From assembly GCA_965248925.1 (NCBI GenBank), contig CBDFLE010000006.1, forward strand, positions 1,728,001 through 1,792,000: a stretch of 64,000 nt of DNA. Reading direction: 5' to 3'. Below the pieces are notes generated by a model. It was not told the DNA's origin. It saw nothing but the letters and a program-made list of their open reading frames with translations, and did not search any database. The position numbers and the translations under genes are program-made. Source of the stretch: Candidatus Multivoradales bacterium. Its GTDB lineage: Bacteria > Acidobacteriota > Thermoanaerobaculia > Multivoradales > J023. Below are positions 21,761 to 29,956 of the stretch, piece after piece. Positions within the stretch are counted from its first letter, which is position 1. Each line of letters starts with the position of its first letter.

Positions 21761-21999
21761 TTCGGCTGTCCCAAGGGGATATCGACTTTCTCCTCAGAAT
21801 ACTTGTGCTTCCGCCCAGTCTCATCGAGAGCTTGGAACGTGCTTCAGCGAAGGGAGGTACTCTCGAAGATAGAGCGGCAGATACGATCCGAGATTTCTGT
21901 GGGGAGCGGCTTCAAACGCATGGCATTGGGCTCAATTACGAGCCGACCAAAGAAGGGAAGAAACTAGAGCAGATGATTGACCGACTCCTCGTAGACTAA
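21757..21999 (+). CDS. Orphan immunity protein, paralog of 16346-16642
   Basis: FCGERLQTHGIGLNYEPTKEGKKLEQMIDRL vs FTDHLAKVGFGADYELTSEGKFLEVLIDRF. Confidence 0.8.
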   Translation: MIRLSQGDIDFLLRILVLPPSLIESLERASAKGGTLEDRAADTIRDFCGERLQTHGIGLNYEPTKEGKKLEQMIDRLLVD

Positions 22000-22059
22000 G
22001 ATTCCTCACTGCTGTCCCTACCGGCAGAGGTGCCGGCTAGTTGGCAGTCGTTTCGTAGC

Positions 22060-22084
22060 AGCCCGGCTTTGGTCGGGCTTTTGT
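22060..22084 (+). terminator. Rho-independent terminator closing the toxin/immunity array
   Basis: AGCCCGGC-TTTG-GTCGGGCT stem followed by a T-rich tail. Confidence 0.7.
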
Positions 22085-22095
22085 GTGTCTTAGAT

Positions 22096-22289
22096 TAGGT
22101 GCCATCCCAACAGCGTGCCAACAGCGTGCCACCCACCTCGGCAAAAATTCACTACAGCCTCTGTTTCTCAGCTCCGCAAAGTTCACTCTCTCGTCGATGG
22201 GTGCTCTTATCGGGTGCCCATCGACGAGAATTCGTGGTTCCTAGCCTAGCGATTGTCCATTGAGCAAGTCTGCCAACCGCTCGTCATTG
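22096..22289 (+). repeat. ~190-bp non-coding repeat copy 2, with hairpin (22189-22229)
   Basis: Aligns with 17277-17468. Confidence 0.88.
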
Positions 22290-22391
22290 CCTTCGGGTGC
22301 GATCGGGACACACCTCACCCTGTTGATTGAGAAGTTAATTCCGGTTGTTTGCGATCTCTCTTGGCAGCAGAGACCCTCGTGAAGTAGCAGC

Positions 22392-23360
22392 CTATCCAGG
22401 CACCCGGATCGGCCCCGCTCTACTTCCTGGTCGCTCAAAGTCACTCGAAACACAGGGCCGTGGGGGCGGAAAACAGCTCGGCGGAAACTCTACCGAGTAG
22501 TCGCCTGCCCGCAAGCGGCCGGCCGCCTGCCGGTATGCCTCGACGAAGAGGCGGTAAGCCTCCTTCAACTGCCTGCGGACGGCTCTCGATGCTGCATGGA
22601 CAGCTGGCGCCGGAGATCTCTTGGTGCGAGCAGGCCGCTTGTGCGGGTGCTGTTTGCGGATCACTGCCGCACCCAGGGGTACGGAGCCGCCGAGTACCAC
22701 CCGTCGGGCGCTTTCAGCATCGACCTCCGCGACCATCTCGGTAAGACGCCGTCGAATTTCATCAGACGGCAGGTGCCGCCAGCAGGGCAGCGGATCCAGC
22801 CGCAGGGTATGGCGTTTGGTGAAGGTCTCAGAGTTGACCTCCTGGTCACGGCGGTTGGCCTCGTACTCGAGACTGCGGTCACGCCAAATCCCCTCGAGAG
22901 GTTTGCCTTGGGTGAGAGCTTCGATGCACTGCAGCCCAGGCCACTCCCGGCAGCGGAGCACCAGATTCTCTTTCGGGCCGTGGCTGATCACATAGCGCAG
23001 TCTGGAAACCAACGCCGCCTCTTCGCTGCTGACTTCGATACCTCGGAACCGGCGGCCCCAGAATTTCTCCGGCCAGTCGACAATGAGATTTGCTTCGCGG
23101 GCAAGGTTGCCGTTGACGTACTCCATGAAGCCGGACAGATCCTTGACGGTGGCGGCTCCGAGCAGGAAGTGGAGGTGGTTGAGGAGGCCACCGAAAGCGT
23201 AGATCTCCACCGGATGGAGCTGCTGGGCGCGGGCGATGATGCCGATCGCAATGCTGCGGAAGTGCTCGCCAGCAGGTAGCAGGTATCGGCTTTGGAGGCA
23301 GCGCGTCGTGACTTCGAAGATGGCGCCGCCGGGGCGAATGTGTCGGAGTTGTCTTCCCAT
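22392..23360 (-). CDS. REP-associated tyrosine transposase (RAYT, Y1 HUH family)
   Basis: MGRQLR..FEVTTRC, HUH motif NHLH, FWGRRF, RYVISHG; start re-assigned to ATG 23360. Confidence 0.85.
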   Translation of the reverse strand: MGRQLRHIRPGGAIFEVTTRCLQSRYLLPAGEHFRSIAIGIIARAQQLHPVEIYAFGGLLNHLHFLLGAATVKDLSGFMEYVNGNLAREANLIVDWPEKFWGRRFRGIEVSSEEAALVSRLRYVISHGPKENLVLRCREWPGLQCIEALTQGKPLEGIWRDRSLEYEANRRDQEVNSETFTKRHTLRLDPLPCWRHLPSDEIRRRLTEMVAEVDAESARRVVLGGSVPLGAAVIRKQHPHKRPARTKRSPAPAVHAASRAVRRQLKEAYRLFVEAYRQAAGRLRAGDYSVEFPPSCFPPPRPCVSSDFERPGSRAGPIRVPG

Positions 23361-23777
23361 ACCCCCCAGAGACGACAGGAGGGACTCCAATCTTGTCGGT
23401 TCGGGCGAGAAACTTCGAAAACCCTGCGGAAGATCTGGTGCGCTACATCTTGTGTAGAGTGTAAGCTGTTGAAAATAAGGGAATACGACTTGGGTGGCAC
23501 CCTGAAAGGGTCCGGGCACGATAGCTGCGACCGACACTGAAGGACGCGAGACCACCCAGCGATGTACGCCTTGCTACCGACGCCGACCAGACATAGCATC
23601 ACGACTCCTCTGGGAGGTCGCCGTGGGACACGTCTGGCGCCAACCATCGAAGCCGCGGTGGCCTCCCCTTTTGCACACCCCGATCATCCGCGATGCGCCA
23701 AACCCGAATCTAGCTGAACTTGGCCCTATCTGGAACCTGAAGCCATGGCGGTCACGAAACCGCGTGGGACCCTATAG

Positions 23778-24219
23778 TATGGCGTTTGGTGAAGGTCTCA
23801 GAGTTGACCTCCTGGTCACGGCGGTTGGCCTCGTACTCGAGACTGCGGTCACCTCAAATCCCCTCTAGAGGTTTGCCCTGGGTGAGAGCTTCGATGCACA
23901 GCAGCCCTGGCCACTCCCGGCAGCGGAGCACCAGATTCTCCTTCGGGCCGTGGCTGATCACATAACGTAGTCTGGAAACCAACGCCGCCTCTTCGCTGCT
24001 GACTTCGATACCTCGGAACCGGCGCCCCCAGAATTTCTCCGGCCAGTCGACAATGAGATTTGCTGCGCGGGCAAGCTTGCCGTTGACGTACTCCATGAAG
24101 CCGGATAGATCTTTGACGTTGGCGGCTCCGAGGAGGAAGTGACGGTGGTTGAGGAGGCCGCCGAAAGCATGGATCTCCACCAGATGGCGCAGCTGGGCGC
24201 GAGCGATGATGCCGATCGC
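23778..24219 (-). pseudogene. Internal fragment of a second RAYT copy
   Basis: Close copy of 22807-23249; HUH changed to NHRH and W changed to TGA; both ends missing. Confidence 0.85.
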
Positions 24220-24332
24220 CACAGGCACCACCGCAACGCCTGATCGACGACGACCCACCGCGAAGCATGGTCTGCGGGTAGAATCGGACGCAGATCTCAA
24301 TTGACTTCTCAGGGGGCGCAAAGATGGCTACT
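24217..24332 (+). repeat. Right copy of the ~117-bp direct repeat
   Basis: Contains a remnant gene 3' end (HRHHRNA* vs HKRHRSA*), a degenerate hairpin, RBS and the parA start. Confidence 0.88.
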
Positions 24333-24989
24333 GCCAGTTGCCACATTGTCTCAATCGCCAACTCCAAAGGCGGAGTCGGCAAGTCGACGATCGCCACTCA
24401 CCTGGCGGTCGAGGGCGCTGCCGCCGGGCTGCGAGTGCTGTTGGTCGATACCGACCCACAGGCGTCGAGCACCCTCTTCTGCGCCACCCGCGACCCGTCT
24501 CGCCCCGCTTTCAGCGTGGTGCAGCTGACCAAGCCAATCCTGCACCGTGAGTTGCCTAAGCTCACCGCGCCCTACGACTTGGCAATCGTCGACACCATGG
24601 GCCGAGAAGGTGCTACTTTTCGCTCGGCCTTGAGTGCCGCCGATACCATCTTGGTTCCGATCACCCCCAGCGCCTTCGACATCTGGGCCAGCGAAGATGT
24701 CTTCACCGTGATCGAAGAGATCGGCACTAGCCGAGACCATCTCCGCACTCGGGTGCTGCTCAATATGGTAATCCCTCGCACCGTGATCGCCCGCGAGGCG
24801 CTAGACGCCTTGGACGACTTGCTCGACGACCAACCGGCGCAGCTGCTCGATAGCCGGCTGCACGCCCGGGTAGCCTGGAAGATGGCCAGCGCCAAGGGCC
24901 TCTCGGTGCGCGAGTTCGAGCCCCGCGGAGCCGCCGCCAAGGAACTTGCAGCCCTGTGTCGAGAACTCGGCTTCTGGCCGCCTGCCTGA
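24324..24989 (+). CDS. parA: ParA-family ATPase (short, plasmid ParF-like)
   Basis: KGGVGKST deviant Walker A, LLVDTDPQAS, IVDT. Confidence 0.88.
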   Translation: MATASCHIVSIANSKGGVGKSTIATHLAVEGAAAGLRVLLVDTDPQASSTLFCATRDPSRPAFSVVQLTKPILHRELPKLTAPYDLAIVDTMGREGATFRSALSAADTILVPITPSAFDIWASEDVFTVIEEIGTSRDHLRTRVLLNMVIPRTVIAREALDALDDLLDDQPAQLLDSRLHARVAWKMASAKGLSVREFEPRGAAAKELAALCRELGFWPPA

Positions 24990-25948
24990 CTCGCCCTAGT
25001 CACTCCCTTCCCCTGCTCCAGGTGGCCCCTGAACCTTGACCTCGAACGCCCGCCCGGCTTGCAAGCGGGCCAAGTGCCGCCGCAGGGTCGCCGGACGGGC
25101 GGCGAAGAAGCCCTCCAAACCCTTGGCCATTGCTTCGAACCGTCACCCGACACCAAACTCAGCCGCCAAAGTGCGGTAGTGATCGAGGCGGCCGGCAAGG
25201 AAATCCCCGTTAGCCGATGGTTCATTACCTCGCAGGAAAGCGTCAGAAAGCGCTGCCGAAACACCGCGCTATTGGCCAACAGGTCACCCAACAACATCAC
25301 CCGTGGACCGTCACCACCCGGCCCGCCGACGTCGAGGAACGAACTCAGGCTGTCGAGCCCCGCGACCTTCGCACCGGCTCCGTGCGGCAGACCAAAACTC
25401 ATGTCCATATCCCACGGAATCCTCTGCCAACGAGCGTCAGACCGAGTTTCGTCGAGAATCAGCAGTCCTTGAAGACGATCGTTGGTGGCGCAGAAGTGAA
25501 TGGTCAGGAACCAGCGGCTGAGGTTGTCGAGGTCGACCCTCCTCTCGGCCTCCTCCAGGGACAGAGGACCGGCCGCGCGCAGCCAGCTCATCAAATGCTC
25601 ATACCGGGAAGCGTCACCAGCTCGCACCAGCGGCAGCGGTGCATTGCGGTTGAACTGGGTGTGCATGACAACGAGACGGTCGTGACCAAAGCGAGCCCGG
25701 AGGTAGTCCTGGTCGAGGTATTCGGTCAATGCCCTAAGGCCTAGGTAACGACCGTTGAGGAACACCGCCGCGGGCTCGGTCAGAGGGGTGACGATACCTA
25801 TCTGGCGGCCAATATCGTAGGCCAGAAGGCTCATGAACTGCCAGTGATTACCGTTGGGGCCACCCCCTACATCCAGACGCACCACCAACTGCCGAAGCTG
25901 ACCATCCCGGCGCCCCGGCAAGACGGCGGGTACAAGCGGGTCGGAGTC

Positions 25949-28477
25949 CAGAACTCCTGACATACCCTTTTTCTCAAATGTCCGGTTGAGCCTCTCCGGA
26001 GGTGTTCCGAGGCCCTGGGAAGGCCAGGCTCCGGGGTGGCGCCTTCTTGATCGCGAACCGCATCCGTAGCTCGGTGCCGGGGAAGTGGGTGGCGGTAGCG
26101 TTGAGTTCTTCGCAGACGGCGGCGATCGCCGCCGTCTTGTGGGGAGAGCTGAGCGGGTCGATGGAAAGGAGCAGCACGGTGTCGGTAACCTCCATATCGC
26201 CGCCGGCCGCGAAAGCGCTTTGGATCAGGGTGCGTCCCTCCTGCTCGGTGCGGCGGTAGTGGGGTGATAGGAGCCGGAGAAGATCACCTTCGGCCTGGTA
26301 GGCGACCATCTTGAGAATATCGGTGAGGTGCTTGCGCTCGACGGACAGCTTGATGACATCCGCTTCGACGACCTCTTGGACGGGGACGCGGACGGGGAGG
26401 GTCGCGCGCTGGTTCTCGAGTTCGGTGATCTGCTCTATCGCTGCCCGGACCCTGGCGGAGATGGCGGCGTTGGCGATCTTGAATCCGCGCATCGTGCGCC
26501 GCCGATCCTCGCGGTTTTCAAGAGCAGCGATCCCGATGTGGGCCCGGAGCTGCTCGAGATGTGCGTGAGCTTTGCGCAGCTCTGCATTGATCTTGCCGCG
26601 CTCGGGATTCGGCACATCGCGGGCGGCGTCCGCTGGCTCGGTGCCATAGTCCACCAGGGCATCGAGTGCGAATTCTTCGCGCAGGTATTTGGAGAAGTTC
26701 TCTTGCCTCCAACGATCGAACATGCGGTAGGCGACCTCGAGTGTGGAGAGGTCGCGGCGGGAGGTGATGATGGACGTCTGGTGGCCGTTGTCGCAGAGGC
26801 GGGTGACCTGGCGCAGGTACAGCCGCTTGCGCTTCTTCCTCGGGCCATACTCGAGGTAGATACGCTGATCGGCGAGGAGGTACTCGAGCTTCCGCCCGTG
26901 GATCGTGTCCTTGATCTGCCCGAACTTGCTCAACGGCACCGGACGAAAGGGGGCCTTTCGGTATGTGAGGATGTCGAACTTCTTGGCGATGAGCTTCGCA
27001 AACAGCTTCGGGCTCCAACCCCCACGGTCGAAGACGACGGTGACTCGCCGGTCTCCGAGTAGCTTTCGTACCTCTTCGAGAATGAGGGGAAGCATCGTCG
27101 CAAGCCCCTTGTTGGCCTCGGTGGGGACCACGAAGAGAGGCTCGCTCTCAGCATCGTTGACCCAGTAGTCGGTGGTGGCCGGCATCGCGATCCGCATCCG
27201 CGCTACGTGTGTCTTGGGAATCTCTCGGCCACCGTGGTAGGCGCGCACATGCCCGTCCACGTAGAGGAAGCCCATGGCATGGCCCCTGGTGGCGACCCGG
27301 CGCTGAGCGAGGGCGCGACCGAGATCCGCGGCCAGGCCATGCGCGGCCAGCCGAGCGAGCTTGTTGCGCAAGGTTTTCACTTCCGGCGCTCGGTCGAGCC
27401 CGAGAAGCTGACCCAAATGCCGGGGTGAGCGCTCCTTGAGCCCTTCGGGTCGCTTGACCCGCAACAGTGCCATCAGCAGCAGGGTTACCAGAGTGGTGCG
27501 CAGCCCATAGAAGGCCGGCCCGATGCTGCCGTACAGCTCCTGCGCGATGGAGAGCACGCCGCTGTCCACCAGGGCGGGAATCGCCAGCAGAGCACCGGCG
27601 CCCGGTAGCTGGGTCGCCGCTCCGAAGATCGGCGCCGCATCATCGAGGAATCCCAGCCTCGCCAGCAGCCGATCGCTGGCGCGATCCGCTGGATCGAGGT
27701 CCAGCGAGAGGGGAACCTGATCTTGCTCGGACGCAGAAGCGGACAGTTTTGGGTCCGCAGCCGCTGGGTCACCGCCACCCTCAGCGTCGAGCGCAAGATC
27801 CGCAGTTTTCAGGGGGCCGTCGACCTGCTGCTCATCAGAGGCGGACAGTTTTGGGTCCGCACTCTCGAAGGGCATCGTCATCTGCACTACCGACCGCTCT
27901 TTCCAGCCCAGGCGCTTGGCGAGCTTGCGAACGGCCTTCTCATCGATGCCCAGCCGCCGGCCAATCTCGCGATTCGACACACCCTCGGCCTTCCAGCCGT
28001 TGACCGCGTCCAGGCGGCCCTGCGCTACCCGAGACTGACCCCGGGGAAAACCGCGCGGCCGGCCCAGAGCAGCCAGCCCACCTTCTTCGAAGCGGCGCTG
28101 ATTCCGGCGCACAGTCCGCACATCACAAGCGAACGCAAGGGCCACCTCGCGTTGCTGTGCCCAGCCCAATTCAACGAGACTCACCATCGCGTGGGCCTCG
28201 CCTGTCCTGTCGCCGGCAGCGAAGTGAGCGAGCGGCATGCCGCTGACCACCACCACCCGATAGCCGCCCCTCTGCTGGAGGCGGCAGCGGTCGTTGATCA
28301 CCACAACCCCATCGGGGACCCCGGCGTGGTCTGGGAACAGGACGGTGTGCTCGCTCGTCAGTGCCATGCTCGATCATGCCTCGGCACCGAAAAAAGCGGA
28401 CAGTTTTGGGTCCGCACCACCTCTGAGGGGCGGTCCTGTGTTTTCAGAGGGTTAGGAGGGGTAGGTCAGGAGGTCTG
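25949..28477 (-). mobile_element. Large-transposase IS copy 1 (2529 bp)
   Basis: TIRs CAGA(C/A)CTCCTGAC(C/A)TACCC; flanked by GAGTC (25944-25948, 28478-28482). Confidence 0.93.
25974..28367 (-). CDS. 797-aa putative DDE transposase with N-terminal HTH domains
   Basis: YVDGH, VFDRGG, RWRQEN.F..LRE; near-identical to 43187-45580; lies inside TIRs. Confidence 0.9.
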   Translation of the reverse strand: MALTSEHTVLFPDHAGVPDGVVVINDRCRLQQRGGYRVVVVSGMPLAHFAAGDRTGEAHAMVSLVELGWAQQREVALAFACDVRTVRRNQRRFEEGGLAALGRPRGFPRGQSRVAQGRLDAVNGWKAEGVSNREIGRRLGIDEKAVRKLAKRLGWKERSVVQMTMPFESADPKLSASDEQQVDGPLKTADLALDAEGGGDPAAADPKLSASASEQDQVPLSLDLDPADRASDRLLARLGFLDDAAPIFGAATQLPGAGALLAIPALVDSGVLSIAQELYGSIGPAFYGLRTTLVTLLLMALLRVKRPEGLKERSPRHLGQLLGLDRAPEVKTLRNKLARLAAHGLAADLGRALAQRRVATRGHAMGFLYVDGHVRAYHGGREIPKTHVARMRIAMPATTDYWVNDAESEPLFVVPTEANKGLATMLPLILEEVRKLLGDRRVTVVFDRGGWSPKLFAKLIAKKFDILTYRKAPFRPVPLSKFGQIKDTIHGRKLEYLLADQRIYLEYGPRKKRKRLYLRQVTRLCDNGHQTSIITSRRDLSTLEVAYRMFDRWRQENFSKYLREEFALDALVDYGTEPADAARDVPNPERGKINAELRKAHAHLEQLRAHIGIAALENREDRRRTMRGFKIANAAISARVRAAIEQITELENQRATLPVRVPVQEVVEADVIKLSVERKHLTDILKMVAYQAEGDLLRLLSPHYRRTEQEGRTLIQSAFAAGGDMEVTDTVLLLSIDPLSSPHKTAAIAAVCEELNATATHFPGTELRMRFAIKKAPPRSLAFPGPRNTSGEAQPDI

Positions 28478-28859
28478 GAGTCGTAGGAGCCTCGGAAATA
28501 TAGGCGGAAGTTGGGAATACGCCGCTGCCGACTAGCACCGCCATGTATGCGCAGCCCCGCCGGTGAGGCAAAGAACAATTCGCCGTGACGCAGCAGAGCG
28601 AAATGGGCCGACCGCTCCCAAACTCGGCCACACTTCATGGTGTTGCTTAGCAGGTCGTCGAGTTCTTCGGGATCGATCAGCAAGGACACCACGCTGACCG
28701 GCTTGGCGAACCATCGCGGATCCACCATCAGCAAGCGGGTCAGCTCGCGGCCACCCAACGGATCGGCACTGTAGGTATCGACACCCACGGCACCCCACGG
28801 CACCTGCGAGCGCAGCGCAAAGGGCAGCCGCTCAAAGTGGCCCAAGTGACGCAAAGTAG

Positions 28860-29190
28860 CGGCAAGGAGGCGAGCTGATCGGCCGAATACGAGGTCTGCA
28901 AGCGCAACTTTTCGCGTTCGCAACCCCAGCGGTGCTTGACCTCGGGGAAACTCGCCGGTGAGCGGCGACCGCTAGCCGGATCTTGGTACCAACGCAGCCG
29001 AACTTTGGTCTTGAAGCGATCGCTGTTGAGCTTCTCAGCGAGCGATGAAAGACCGCTGGTATCGTAATAGACGCTCACCACCAGAACCGAGGGATGGGCT
29101 CCGGATCAGCTCGACACAAGGCTCGCAAACAGGCAAGCGCGGCGCGGCTGCGCCGCGCTTTCAGCACCAGCTTCAGCTCATGCTCATGGG
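28860..29190 (-). pseudogene. VTC/polyphosphate polymerase-domain gene fragment
   Basis: ELKLVL.., VSVYYDT, KTKVRLRWY, EVKHR; frameshifted and truncated. Confidence 0.65.
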
Positions 29191-29408
29191 ATGGAGAATT
29201 GGCGGGTGAATAGCCGTTCGAACTCGACAGCAAGCTATGAACTCCTTGATCGATGCCCACCCGCGGCAAAGGAGGCGAACTCGGCGGGCGACTTGTGTGC
29301 TTGCGTGGCAGGTACTAGCTCCCACGAAGTTATAGCGCAAGCGCATAGTCCATTTAGCCCGCCGAGCAGGCAGCCGGAGTCGGTCCCCAACCCAGGCGCT
29401 GACCAGCG

Positions 29409-29783
29409 TCAGCCCATCAAATAGAAGAACTCCTCTTGCGTGACTTTGCCATCCTCGGTCGTGTAGAGGCCCACCTCGCGCATCTGCGAACGCTCGCCTG
29501 ATGGCTTGTTGGTGACATCGATCGCGAAATCAACCATGAACTGATCGTTCCGGTTGCCACAAAAAGGACCCGTGACCGCCAGCGAATGTACTTGATGGTT
29601 GTCGTACCACCATTGGCTCTTGCCGCGGACCGCCTCCAGGCCCTCTATCCGCGCCGGCATCTCACCCATAGCCATAGGTTCGATGCTGACCACACCGTCC
29701 GCGTAGAGAGTGTCGATCGCCTCCATGCCTTTGCCTTCCTTACACAGACTGACGAGCTGCTGACCGATTTCCTGTGCCGACAT
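29409..29783 (-). CDS. SnoaL/NTF2-like family protein
   Basis: EAIDTLYADGVVSIEP, GLEAVRGK..WW, EVGLYT..DGKVTQEEFFY; start ATG 29783. Confidence 0.88.
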   Translation of the reverse strand: MSAQEIGQQLVSLCKEGKGMEAIDTLYADGVVSIEPMAMGEMPARIEGLEAVRGKSQWWYDNHQVHSLAVTGPFCGNRNDQFMVDFAIDVTNKPSGERSQMREVGLYTTEDGKVTQEEFFYLMG

Positions 29784-29860
29784 TTGAATTCTCCAAGTTA
29801 AAGTGACGAGAGGGGGGTGACGAGGCTTGATTCTCAAGCTGGCGGCACTGTGCCAGACTC

Positions 29861-29919
29861 CTCCTGACAGCGTGGTGTCAGGAGAGTGGTGTCAGGAGAA
29901 ATGGTGTCAGGAGAAATGG
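29861..29919. repeat. Three tandem TGGTGTCAGGAGA units plus an inverted half unit
   Basis: Units at 29873, 29887 and 29902; CTCCTGACA at 29861 is the reverse complement of the core. Confidence 0.8.
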
Positions 29920-29956
29920 GTCGGCCACCATCGCAATACCCTCAAAGAGCTTCCAA

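Larger units (their letters stand above)
25000..28900 (-). pseudogene. CotH kinase family gene, IS-interrupted and frameshifted
   Basis: GLRIHGGASR..FRLYFRGSYDS|DPLV joins in frame across the IS; FLNGRYLGL..LTE, IPWDMDMSFG; frameshift near 25200; boundaries approximate. Confidence 0.75.

Noticed and set aside
17277-22289. Integron attC sites or CRISPR repeats
   Set aside because: No RYYYAAC/GTTRRRY-bounded palindrome, no integron integrase or cas genes, and only two long copies.
24572-25963. 463-aa ORF as an intact gene
   Set aside because: It starts inside the IS end, and after a frameshift it reads antisense through parA; it is a CotH pseudogene fragment.
29861-29919. Mini CRISPR array
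   Set aside because: Units are 13 bp with 1-2 bp spacers.
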